From contig CM041465.1 in assembly GCA_023213395.1 (NCBI GenBank), forward strand, positions 38,323,741-38,387,740: a DNA stretch of 64,000 nucleotides. The letters run 5' to 3'. Below, one piece after another: positions 1-11,975 of this stretch. Source of the stretch: Cycas panzhihuaensis (Eukaryota > Plantae > Cycadophyta). A model generated the notes under the pieces. The model made no database searches. It was not told where the DNA came from and saw only the letters and a list, made by a program, of their open reading frames with translations. The stretch's first letter is position 1, and each line of letters opens with the position of its first letter. The translations under genes and the position numbers were made by a program.

Positions 1-1440
1 CATTACTATAAGCACAAATTGTGAAGTAGGTTTCAAGTTGATCCAACCAATGGTCCAACTTTTCAGCATTTACCTCTCCATCATAAGTTGGAATGTCCAA
101 CTTTGCCTCCACCTTGAAGGGTTGATGAGATGAAGTACCCTTGCGTTCTTCAAATGAGTGTTTTAAGGTCTCCTCCTCTTCTTCTTCATGGTTGTGGTCA
201 TCCGTGGATCCTCCTTCAACTTCCTTCTCTTTGCCTTTACCCTTGACTAGAGGTACAAGTTAGGTCATCATTTGCATCAAAACTTCTACATTCTTCTCAA
301 GCTTCTCAAATCTGATTTCTCCATCTTCTTTTTCATCCATGGTGTTTGGATTCTTTCTTTGTCTTCTTGGTGATTGCAACACAAGAAAAGCTTCTCCTTT
401 CTTTTGATATCCTTTCCTTGTTTGTACCATTCAAGTCCCTACAACAAAGATCACATGCTCGGATACCAAAAATGTGATTTCAAAGTGGAGTGTAATTGGT
501 GGAGAAATCAATTACCAATATTTTTCCTTGAGATCCTAGGGTGTTAGTGTAAAATTTTCAATAATGTCAATAAAAGAGTGAGCCCATAAAAATGATGCTC
601 TACACCAACTTTTGCATACTTGCCATTACTCCAAGGTAAGAAGAATGATATTTTTATTAAGCTAGAAAAACCTTAATTTAATGGTGGAGAAAAAAAACTA
701 GCAAAGAATAGGCAAGTTACAATGAAGAAATGATACAACAATACCCAAGGGGCCTTCAACTTCCCAAGACTCCTTCAATGAAACTCCCACTCTCCAAAAT
801 GGATGCTTGAAGTGTTGAAATTTGCCTCCTCTATGGTCTCCAACACCTTTCAAGTGCTACCTCAATGTTGCTCCCAAGTCAAGTGTCTCCCACACACAAG
901 AACCAAGTCTCTAACATCGAAAATGAGCTCAAGAGGGCTTAATTTATAAAAGGAAATCCATCAACAACCAAAATGCATGTTTTTCAAGTGGCATTTATGC
1001 AAGTCCAATCACCAACAACCAAAATGCATGTTATCCAAGTGTCATTTATGTAAGTCTAAAAAGTTGCGGCAAGGTAGCTAGGGCTAACAAACTCCAATTA
1101 AGCTCAAATTTGGTACACGTATAGGTACATATGTCCCCTTTATGTCCTCAAAATTTTAGCTCATTTGGATATCATTTGCCCCCATTTTCACCAATTTAAA
1201 CATAGTATGTACTTGTTATTTTTCTATTAGCCATAGGAGCTATTTTCTACAAAACAAAGCTTGCCATCTAGTCAAATGATATTTTTTGATTCCTACCTTT
1301 TATACACGTGTAGTGGGGTTTGTCTTCCTTCCCATAAAATTTCACATTATTTTGACACCATTTGGTAATATTTCTTTTAGTTGTGCCAATGCCTATCATT
1401 TTTTGCTTCCTATAGACATAAGGTAGATAGTCCTGCATCA
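1..1440 (-). mobile_element. 5' end of a Ty3/Gypsy element (5' LTR 473-1440, PBS 457-468, gag N-terminus running off the window)
   Basis: Minus strand reads TGATG...TCACA, then TGGTATCCGAGC (tRNA-iMet PBS). Degenerate gag includes STFKVEAKLDIPTYDGEVNAEKLDHWLDQLETYF. The LTR holds a ~51-bp tandem duplication at ~962-1060. Confidence 0.85.
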
Positions 1441-1766
1441 AGAATTTTTGGAAACTACTCCTGTGGTGATATGCTCATTAAAACCCTAGCCAATGCTTTC
1501 ATTCCATCTACCAGTTTTACACCTACAACCTATTGTTTGTGATTACATCTCTATTTTTGCATTGAAGGGTCGATGTGCTTGTGCATCCTCCAACTCAGTT
1601 TTCATTGAATTGCTTGCCATTCTAACATCAAGCACCTTCCTCTGCATCGTGCAATATTTTTGACTTATCTTTGTGTGTCGTACTTGCTCCTCGATATTCT
1701 CATCAACGTAGCTTGTACTGCCATGGTTTATCTGGTCATTGCTGTCATACCTACTGGGGGCTCCTA

Positions 1767-2062
1767 TCATAGGGACTCCCATAGCTGCAACATATCCAAT
1801 TGGGCGTCTGAAAGGAAATTGTAGGGTGTTTCATCCATACAATAGGTGTGGGGGCAAAAAATGACTCTGTTGCTGAAGCATAGTTGAATGATCCCATGAT
1901 GGATGACACAAGATTTAGCAACTATGAATGCGCATTTAGAAGCTTTGTTTGAGCAAGCACACACTTCTGTCCACATCTTCTTCTTAGCATCTTGCAAGCT
2001 ACGCATGGTGATGCTAATTGCGTCCTTTTGACATCAGTCATATGCATATTAGGAGTCTCCAT
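1767..2062 (-). pseudogene. LBD: LOB-domain (LBD/AS2) transcription factor pseudogene, LBD1/LBD11-like
   Basis: SPCVACKMLRRRCGQKCVLA matches the CX2CX6CX3C C-block. The GAS block is absent, there is an in-frame TAG and a frameshift, and the C-terminus LQLWESL resembles the WEPLW-type ending of the LBD1/11 clade. Confidence 0.85.
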
Positions 2063-2381
2063 GATATTGAATCCACTGCAGTCAATTTGGAATATTGATA
2101 GGCATGCAGTCAGACATCCATACAATTATATATATTGAGAGACAAACAACTAACATCATATTAATGGGACTTAGTTTTACAATACTTCCCTTTATATAGA
2201 ATTGATTCAATTGGATGAGATCTTGGAATGCTACATTGCGTGAGATAGTGGATTAACCATGTGACTAGAGCCAAAGCCAAGAAGATTCTGTGAAGGTAGA
2301 AGAGCACCATCCAATTGAATGTGATAAACAAGACGAACAAAGTGCGTTTCACATTTATTTCATTGATGAGGGTATAACACG

Positions 2382-2943
2382 TGTTTGAGCATGTGACGCT
2401 AACTATCCCGAGGAAGTCCTCTTCCCAAATCACCCTGGGGCTTTTGGTGTAATGGTGGCCCATGACAAGTGGTATCAGAGCGGCCAGGGTTCAAAACTCA
2501 TCCTGTGTTACTGCAGTAGCGCACCTGGACATACATGAAGGCGGGGGAGTGGCCGCCGAGAAACACTGTGGTGGACATGCATGCCGTGTAGGTACAATTG
2601 ACTCTTCGTGATGAGGCAATGTTGGAGCGCGTGATGCTAACTATCCCGAGGAAGTCCTCTTCCCAAATCACCCCAGCGCTTTTGGTGTAATGGTGGCCCG
2701 TGACAAGTGGTATCAGAGCAGCCAGGGTTCAAAACCCGTCCTGTGTTACTGCAGTAGCGCACCCGGACATACATGAAGGCAGGGGAGTGGCCGCCGAGGA
2801 ACACCGTGGTGGACATGCATGTCGTGTAGGTACAACTAACTCCTCGTGATGAGGCAATGTTGGAGCGCGTGACGCTAACTATCCCGAGGAAGTCCTCTTC
2901 CCAAATCACCCCGGCGCTTTTGGTGTAATGGCGGCCTGTGATA
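2382..2943 (+). mobile_element. Tandem-array TRIM (LTR-I-LTR-I-LTR), 238-bp unit, 86-bp LTRs
   Basis: LTRs at 2382-2467, 2620-2705 and 2858-2943 (TGTT...GACA/GATA). TGGTATCAGAGC PBS follows LTR1 and LTR2. Flanks ACACG/ACATG form a 5-bp TSD with one CpG transition. Confidence 0.9.
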
Positions 2944-3944
2944 ACATGTGCTTTGATTGGTGCCATTTGGATTGGGATGATAATTTTTCGCAGAATGACA
3001 TAAGCGGGTTGATTGATTATAAGCCCTACAAACTGACTTCACTCCCCACAATCCAAGGGTTGTGTTACCTTAACGAGATTGTAGAAAACATTGCAACCAT
3101 TAGATAGGGACCACTTAAGGCTAGACCATAGAGTTTGTACTCTACTCTGGGACCGCTACACACATCAAAGACTCTATGATATAGCGAATATGATTCAGAA
3201 CCATAAATTGGGTACAAGTGAAAGTGGGAGGTCGACTACTTGCTTGTAGGGTAAATCCACTAGTTGTGGAAAGGTAGAAAAGATGACATCACCTTCACGT
3301 GAACTGCAAATCCATTTCACAAGCAAGAATCTTCAATATTTTTGTAAACAGTAGCCCCTTTGAGTAGTGTGGGTGAAGGCTTGGGAGTATTGTGTGGAGC
3401 AAATTGCATTTTGGATTTCATGCTTGATTTACTTGGGAGACTACAATCTGAGAGCTCTCTAAATTGCCTTGAAGTTGTTACATCTATAATTAGGTTGCCT
3501 GATGTGGTTCCTATGCTATGCTATGCTAGTTTTATTCTATTGATTGTGGGAAGCATTGTCACAAAGCAATTTGACTATGTAGTAAGCTTTTATGTCAAAT
3601 TCATTAGCCTGTTTCATCTTGACTAAATCTTGGTGAGGTTTGCATATCATCTGTCAATGAGATCAAGAACTAGGAGCTCGATAGAATACCATGATTGTAG
3701 TCTTAGATTCTGGCTAGATTGAACAATAAATATCACTGAAGAAGTGATGGTACTGTACCTGCAAATACCTATTTAGGGTTTGTGTTGAAGTTTGTTGTAG
3801 AGATTATTGAGAGGATTTTGTTCGTGCAATTAAGGCAACTTGAACAGTCCGCTAGCCCTCTGGAGCTTCAACCCTTGGTCGTATGGAGTAATCAAGTAAG
3901 CAAGTGATGAAGTGAAAAAGACACAAAGATTTCATGATTAATAC

Positions 3945-5849
3945 TTGCTCCTATTAGAATTATTTCTCATCATGGGTATGTTTTTGCTGACCGAAGAAAA
4001 TTATTCAGAATGGCCAGACAATATCAAATCTTGGTTTATTACCTTTGGTTGGTGGGACATTGTTTTCGAAGGCTATGCAGATCCAACACCAAAGCTTCAA
4101 AAGAAGGATGCTTGTGCACTTAGATGGACTCATTGTACCTTGGAGACAAACATATATCGTTATGTTCATGATAGTGTTGAAGACCCAATTTGTAAGTCAT
4201 ACAAAACATGGAATATTCTAAAGGAGAAGTATGGCCCAAAATTGAATGACCAATATACAGGTAATGGGGAAGCTGAAATTGATATCGGTAAGAATGAAGA
4301 AGGTATTATTGATGAATGTTGTATTGAAGATGATAAAAAGGAATATCAATCTGATGAAGAAACTATTTCTGAATGTGTATCTGCTAAATGCACTATTGAT
4401 GAACATGTTAAATATAATAAATCACTAGTGATTGTATTGAAATAACGCAATATATCAAAAGTTCATCACTCATTCCTAGTCTTGTTACTTCAAACGAAAT
4501 TGAAAGCGAATCTACTAGCTCTATTAATGAGAAGGAAATTGCAGATATGCCTGATAATTCACTTCTATTTAATCATTTAGAATTTGAAGGTGAATCAAGT
4601 TGCATAACTCAAATGCTTGATACAATGGGCATGGTTTTACCAATATGTAACATTCCTAATCAAGTTGCATCAGATCAACTAGAACCTAGAAAATTGAAGC
4701 CTAACCTTGGAATACATGGAAAATCTGGACCTAATATCCATATTAAAGTATCTCATGTTCTCAACAGATCTTGTCACTAGAGATATAGAATGTTTCAATT
4801 AAATAAGAGAACAAGATTGCGTTAATGGTAGATGTACCTTAAGAAGCTCTCCAAATGTTTGATATTGTTTTGCGGGAGTTACCAATGCAACAATATACTC
4901 TTGTTGGGAGATCCTTTTATTCTCCTGATCTGAGGAGAAGGCTAGAAAATTGGCATGGACTTTAACAAAGTATTAGGTTTATGCAAATGAGTTTATCTCT
5001 CAGCGTTGATATGTCTTCAATTGTTTTCATTAAACCATTGCCTATGATTGATTTTGTCGAGGATGATGGAACTGGCCACAAAAGAAAAGAGCAACAATTC
5101 AAGGTCGTTGCTAAACCACAACTAGAACATGGTCTTGCAATTGAATGTGATCATACCAGATCCTTTGTAATTTCACTTGGCATAGCAAATGTCACCATGG
5201 CCATTGTTGCAAGTTCTGTGCTTGTTGCTTTAAGAGAAACATTCATAGTATGCAATGATCTTGAGGTCTTCTGTCCAAAAACTTTAGCACCCTTGATTGA
5301 TATGGAGAGAACAAATTTGTTGGTTGAGACTCTTTCCATGAAAGTAGAATAGGTTCCAACTATATCAACAAGCATCAACATGTACAAGGAGGAAATACTA
5401 TAGTTATTGGGATGTCATTACTCTAGCTCATATTCTTATTTAATATAGAATGATCTCATGATACATCATTTTCATTCTGACATGTTGAAGCAATTCAAAA
5501 ACATTGAAGTAGAGATTCATAGAATAGGAAATCAGAGGAAAGTACTTCATTGGATAAAACCTACGGGGTTGAGGAATTTAGATTTGCATATCGGAATGAA
5601 AAAAGTCAAACTCAAGGATCATTTCCTTCAAGAGCTACAATAGTAAGGACATCATCACAAGAATGAAGCTAAAGGTTGAGTTGAGGACATCATCTTCATG
5701 ACATTTCCAAGGATGAGGCGTTGCAAATTCAAAATATTCCAAATGCACATTAAAGGGGAGGTGTTGATATTAGATAGAACAATATTGTAATGCGCATTTG
5801 TGCAAATAGGTAACCTATGGTCAAATGATAGGTAGAGGTTAGTCAGCTA
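3945..5849 (+). mobile_element. Decayed or internally deleted Ty1/Copia remnant (gag N-terminus, PPT, truncated 3' LTR from 5762)
   Basis: LTEENYSEW..KSWF..GWWDIVFEGY..KKDACAL..WNILKEKY is Copia gag-like. AAAGGGGAGG PPT is followed by TGTTG at 5762. Confidence 0.7.
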
Positions 5850-6193
5850 CAAGTTTGTCCTCAGTACATAGTTTGAAAGTGTTTTGACATTAAACATTAT
5901 AGGGAGGTGTTAGAGATAATGTTTAATGTGTTAGAAGTAATGTAAGCATTGTCTAGTGGTCTAATATTAGATAGGATAGTATTAATGTTAGAAAGTGGTA
6001 AAAGTGTTAATATTAAGAGGTCAAGTTTGTCCTTAGTACATAGTTTGAAAGTGTTTTGACATTAAACATTATAAGGGGTGTTAGAGATAATGTTTAATGT
6101 GTTAGAAGTAATGTAAGCATTATTTAGTGGTCTAATATTAGATAGGATAGTATTAATATTAGAAAATGGTAAAAGTGTTAGTATTAATGGGTC
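5850..6193 (+). repeat. ~172-bp tandem duplication spanning Copia pol end, PPT and LTR start
   Basis: CAAGTTTGTCC...TAAACATTATA-PPT-TGTTAGAGATAATG... occurs at ~5850-6021 and ~6022-6193. Confidence 0.9.
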
Positions 6194-6417
6194 ACCCTTA
6201 ATCATGTTAGGAATAGTACAATAAGTCATTAAGTCATGTGCATAGTGGTGGTTATAATGGTCACATCATGTAATTGGTCAAGCTAGAGGTGTTCATGCAT
6301 TATAAATATGTACTCATATCTATTGCAATCCAATGAAGCAATTCATTTTTAATATGCTTATTTTTGACTTTGAGTGCAATGGTTCTATGTGTATGATGAT
6401 ACTTGCCTTTTCTGACA
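6079..6417 (+). mobile_element. Copia 3' LTR
   Basis: Preceded by a PPT, TGTTAG...TGACA termini, internal TATAAAT, and abuts the RNase H of another Copia. Confidence 0.65.
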
Positions 6418-7103
6418 ACACGAAGTCCACATCTAGCTATTGTTTCAGTTTTGGTTCTGCGTTTGTAACCTAGAGTAACAAGAAGCAACCAAATGTCTCT
6501 CTTTCTTCAACTGTAGCAAAATACAAGGCTATAGTTGTAGTAGCATCAGAAGCCATGTGGACTCAAACAAACTCTCAATGATTTGAGTCTACATCAAGAA
6601 GATGCAACAACGTTGTATTGTGACAATCAGAGTAAATTGAAACTAGCCAAGAATCTAGTTTTTCATGTGTGCACCAAGCACATCGAAGTTCATCATCATC
6701 TCATCACAGAGCTAATTCAAAATGGTGACATTGAACTTGCCTACAGGCCTACAGAAGAACAATAGGCAGATTCCTCACCAAACCTCTAGCTTTGGATAAA
6801 TTCCAAAACTTTAGAAAAGCGTTAGGTGTTAAGATCAATAATATAAACATTAAGGGGGAATGTTAAAATATCATTAATGTTTACATTAATTTGGTTGGTT
6901 CTGGGGTCACCAACCAACAACTAGACAGGTGTGCAACCAATAATCGTTGGTTGGTTACACCTCACTGTGTATTTATTCTACATATTAAGAAACATTGAAA
7001 TGTTACAATGAAAGATTATTTTTTGAAGAGTAGACTAATTATAGCCAAAATAGTACTTGCGCACAACTTTTTTTTTTTCTGATTTTCAACCATATTTCTA
7101 ACA
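6418..7103 (+). mobile_element. Copia RNase H + PPT + 3' LTR (6861-7103)
   Basis: KSTSSYCFSFGS..KKQPNVSLSST..LYCDNQS..TKHIEVHHH motifs, AAGGGGGAA PPT, TGTTAA...CTAACA termini. Confidence 0.85.
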
Positions 7104-7142
7104 TTGGCATAGGTTATAGTAAACTTGCAAACTTTTCGTGCT

Positions 7143-7530
7143 CTACCTTGTTAACAATTTAAACAAGTGTTGACATAATCCATAATGTCTTTTTTCATAC
7201 TTTTCAATACACTGACCTCTTAGCTGCCAAGTAGGTCTTTTCACCACCAACATGGCTTGCATATGGACAATCATGTATCTAGTAAAAAACAAGTTGATAC
7301 AACTCACAAACATCACATATTGCCAACTGATCTTTATATAATAGACAATCATTTCTCATAGAGAAATTTCCACGATTCATGGGTGAGTGCTTGAGTAACA
7401 ATAGAATATCCTTACACCAAGGATCAAAATGTTGTGCTTACTGAACTTGTTTCACAAAAATTCCTTGAAGAACAAATATAGTATAGGCAAAACAAAGTTG
7501 AGATAAAGCATTAGCAACTACATTATGCTT
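7143..7530 (-). mobile_element. Gypsy RNase H end / integrase start remnant (continues at 11248-~11500)
   Basis: KHNVVANALS here joins FQEF*PIIMYK*GK at 11248+ once the 7531-11247 insertion is removed. Confidence 0.7.
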
Positions 7531-10500
7531 TATGGCATGGACCACATAATTTATAGCAAAATTACAATAGTTACATGATAAATATCTCAAAAATTGGCAT
7601 CTCAACATAAATAATATCATCAACTCAAAATAATATTAGATTTAGAACAGTAAATAAATTAATATTTGATGAAATCTCAATAATAAATTACCTTATTCGA
7701 GGTGAGGGTTTCCTCCCAATGGCATCACAATGCCCTAATAGCCGTAGGCCATTATTTCCAAATAAGTTACAATTTCTCCATTATTCCTTACAAATGAAAG
7801 ATGTTGTCCTATTTATAGCCCTAGGTGGATCCTACTTTTAACCTCTCTAAAAATAAACTTCTTATTCTCTCTTTTAAAAAAAATTGACTTCACATAATTA
7901 GACATGTAACGACTCCCCTCCCCTTAAAATATGTCACCCTCGAAGTATGGATAGTTGGATCTAGAGTTGCTTGGGGCCAACTTTGACATGTTCTTAAGTT
8001 CGTTGCCTGCTAAGTCTTGTATGTTGTAAAAATTTGGTCTACTCTTATATCTTCCATTGGAGGTAATTGATATGTAACCTGAATCTACAAATTCTTATGT
8101 CTAGAACTTGGTGCATTTTGTATCCCATCCTACATAGAAATGATCTCAGGACCTGTGTGATGTTGATCGCACCTAGGCAAAATTTTGTTATGTGATTGCA
8201 TATTTTGTCCTCAATTGATCTTACTCGAGGGTTGAGGATACTAAGAAGGTTTTATGGGGAGATAATAGGTTGATTTTGGGAGGTAAGGAAAAATGTAGTT
8301 AGAGGATCATATAATGGGGATTGTTTACAATTACGAAGCATATTGAAACGAGGAATGGGTGATGTGGGGTTTGATGAGATAATTATCAAGAATTTTGGAT
8401 GTATAGATAATAGGGATATAAGAGCTATATATCGAGAGGTATACAAGATCTAGGAATTGACTCGAGAAAGGGTTATGGTAAGTAAGAGGTTGGATGGACA
8501 ACTAGAGATCTTAGGGAAATAAGACAGATACAAGATTATTGATTGGCGCTCTTTATGGGGAGGAGGTCTTAATATGGGTCCAATGATGTGCATAGAACTA
8601 TATGAAGGAATTAATGGGGGAAAAGAATGTCAGTTATATGGAAGTTTGGAAGGGAGAGATGGACAGGACAAGGTTTTATAAGAGGGAATTATGATTTTTG
8701 AACTAGGGGGTGAAACATGATGAAGGGAGAGTGGAAGGTTTAGAACATCCTGTTAAGAAAATTCCCTAGGGATGAAGAAACGTACGAGTGGTGAAATAAA
8801 CTATGGTTGTGAAGAGGGACTAGGATTCCTTTTACGATGAATTTAGAGTTAATGACCTTAAGCGTTTAGACAACTATGGGATAATGGGACGAGGCTTTCT
8901 TTATAGGTATTGAGCATGGAAATGAAAGAGGAAAAATGAAACTACCAAAGGAAATGGACATGTGCATGATAGGATTAGGAGACTCAGTCAATACCTTATG
9001 GGTGTTACTCGGTTGCTCGATTTCTTCTTCAAGATGCTCTGTCTTTCCTCCCATCTGCTTTGTGTCTTTAGTCTTGTCTGATTCTTTCACTTGAATTGAT
9101 TCTTCTTCATGTTGCTGCATTGATTCCTAAATCTTTATATCAAGGCTTTGCTCTTCCTCTTCTTCTATCAATGCATCTACCTTCCCTAATTCTTTGACAT
9201 TTTCACATTGCTCTTGTGCATGTCGATGTTGAAGTGTTTCCTTTTCTTCAACTTTGTCTTCCTTTGTAATAAGTTTCTTCTTGGCCCCTGTCTCTCGTAT
9301 CCTCGTAAGTTGGGACAATTCTAGTTCCTTCAATTTGATTCCACTGGATAGATGGTACGCTAAATGCAACTTTAAACCATGATCAGTGATTAAGGACTTT
9401 TGGTTCTTTAGGCCACTTATTGTACCAATCACGAGCTTTCCCTCCCAAGTGGGATTGAACACACTATCCATAATCTTCAAATTTTGTATCTGATGGGAGT
9501 CCGCAATATGTATTGACATGTTGAAGCCATTTTGCAACTGTCATGCTTTCACCTGGGTAAAATTTTTGAATATTTTGAAATTTTCGTATTAAACACAACT
9601 TTTGTTGCTTCTACTTTACTACCTCCTTAACTTTGTCAAGCATTTTTCTTCTAATTGCTCCTTTGTCATGATCAAAGTTGCTAAGCAAGCCTCCATTTTT
9701 TTCTTTTTGGTCAACAAGAGCTTCAATTTCATATATTAAAATCTACATCAAAATTATTAGAACGATACCTTGCAACCATTCAAAACAAAGGTCTTTAAAT
9801 CCAAACTCCAATAGTTTAGACGGATTGAAATCCAACATCTATAGCAAAAATTAAGGCCAAAAACACCCATGTACCTCTTTAAAAAACTAACTATAAAAAA
9901 ATATTAGAGCTTTAGCCCCCTTCGCTCTTTAGCCCTAGTCCCTTGTGCTTCTCCATATGGCCACCAATTATCAACTATCGGCTGGTGGACTCCAACTAAT
10001 TATTTAAAACAATTTAATACAATATCAACTTTGTAAACCTGATGTATTTTAATTGTTATTTTTGAGATTTGAAAACATTTTCAAACATCTACGATTGTGC
10101 ACTCGTATTTGATATCTTTTCTTCTTTGCAATTTGAATCCCCTTTCTTTCGCATCACAACTTTTACGTCTTCATCATGAATTCGTAGTGTTACTTCCCTA
10201 GGTGTAAATCCTCGTGTTTGGCTTATCCACTTTGTGATTGGCATATTCAATTCCATGCGCGTTACCCATCAGATAAGCTAATACGCAACCCTCCTCCCTT
10301 ATGTATGATCTTTGTTGTCCTACCTACTTGTACAAACACTAAGCCTCCTCTATGTTGTGCTGCAATGATTTTGTGGCTGTCGTTGACAACTAAGAACACC
10401 ACACCCTTCACTAGTAATATTCTCCTCCTACAGATGAATGCATCTTCATTGAATGATGACATGGCCGTCAACTGCTCATAACACGCCCTTGCTGGCAGTA

Positions 10501-11247
10501 TCCTCTTTGTACATTTGCATAGTGATTTGATCGTATCCCAGGTTCCTCATAATGAATTGCAGTCTCCATGGCTTGACACATGTCAATTTTGTGGATGATA
10601 GATAATGGCCACCAATTTCTCCACAATCGACAATGAACACTTCACCAACAACAAACATGGCATATAGAATGATGGATTTCCATATAGAGTCACAACATGA
10701 GCAGATTCTTCTTTGAGGGCATGTAGGCAAGATGACATATGGCAAATATCACAAATAATCAACCTCTTCTCAATTTTCCATACAATCGCTTGCAAAAGAA
10801 ACATGCACTCCACAATAATCCTACACTTTGATACTAGTTGTGGTGTGGCCCACAGAGTTTATGGTAAAATTACAATAGTTACATGATAAATATGTCAAAA
10901 CATGGCTTCTCAACATAAATAATATCAACAACTCAAAATAATAGTAGATTTACAATAGTGAATACAATAATATCAGACGAGATCTTAGCAATAAATTGCC
11001 CTCTTCGAGGTGAGGGTTTTTCTCCAATGGAGAATAGTGCCCTAATGGCCCTAGGCTATCATATCTAGATAAGGTACAAATTCTCTAGGATTCCTCACAA
11101 ATGAAAGGTGTTGTTCTATTTATAGCCCTAGTTTGGGCCTACTTTTAATTGCTCTCTAAAAATTGACTTCATATTAATATAGTTAGGCATGCAATAACTC
11201 TTCCTTCTTCTCCTAAAAACCAACTTCACATAATTAGGTATGTAACA
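7531..11247 (-). mobile_element. Non-autonomous LTR element with gag-like ORF and no pol (TR-GAG/LARD-like)
   Basis: Paired LTRs at 10839-11247 and 7531-7911, degenerate PBS TAGTATCAAAGT (10825-10836), PPT AAGGGGAGGGGAG, TSD TGCTT/TACTT. Gag-like DTKFEDYG*..LGGKARDWYNKWPKEP at ~9400-9500. Confidence 0.85.
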
Positions 11248-11534
11248 TACTTCCCTTACTTGTACATGATTATTGGCTAGAATTCTTGGAACAATACTAC
11301 CCTGTTAGAACCTTCATTCCTAAGCATTAAGTTTTGACCTTGTGTATTAATATTTTTGTCACTTTAGAGTCTCAATCTTAAAGTGCTTATTTGTTGCATT
11401 ATAAAATTGTCTTTTGTCCTGTAGTGACTTTTCTCACGTGCTTGTGAGAAGTCAACTTTTGTGGGCTCTATCCTTATACTTGGAGATAGTAGAGTCCTAA
11501 TCAGATTTGGCTTTTAGTCTTGATCAGTGACATG

Positions 11535-11852
11535 TGTTGAGATCCTGATCATCCATTCTCCTTTATAAGAAGCCTTATTCTCATGTTTTGCAATGTAGTA
11601 TTTTGAGTAAGAGTTATGCTGCTGTAAGTGTTTCTTTTAGGTGAAGTGTTGAGAGGAATTCTCCTTCATGCTAGTATGTTGAGATAGGTTGAGTTGAGGT
11701 GCAATACTCCTCCCTATCATCCTTCATGTTGTACTACATCATTTCTTTAATCTAAGTGTATTGTCCTTCATATTTCGATGTCCTCTCCAGCTTCTCAATA
11801 GATTCTAGCTCCTGTATTGTCTCCATTTCGTCTTTCAATTTGGTATTAGAGC
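11535..11852 (+). mobile_element. 5' LTR (~11535-11837) and PBS (11841-11852)
   Basis: TGTTGAG...CTTTCA, TATA-like TTTATAAG, then TGGTATTAGAGC. No partner LTR found in the window. Confidence 0.7.
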
Positions 11853-11860
11853 TACGACAT

Positions 11861-11975
11861 CTTGAAGAGCGGATTGGTGGCTTCGAATTTCTCCAAGTCT
11901 GGTGATGACCTTTGCCATACGAAGACGATCCAGTTGGAGCAAGGAGTAATTTCTTGAGGTTTGATGTTGAAGGAC
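11861..11975 (+). repeat. 115-bp direct repeat, copy 1 (copy 2 at 17195-17309)
   Basis: CTTGAAGAGCGGATTGG...GATGTTGAAGGAC, with 3 mismatches between copies. Confidence 0.95.

Noticed and set aside
2382-2467. Cassandra (5S rRNA-derived LTR)
   Set aside because: Only GGAAGTCCTC resembles 5S rRNA, with no intact 5S A/IE/C boxes.
2440-2510. tRNA gene
   Set aside because: A/B-box matches are present, but there is no convincing acceptor or anticodon stem and the region is part of the TRIM.
2161-2966. Two similar ORFs containing VIWEEDFLGIVSVT
   Set aside because: These are antisense translations of the TRIM LTR repeats.
3000-3940. Possible 5' LTR or leader of the 3945 Copia
   Set aside because: No PBS or matching second LTR was identified.
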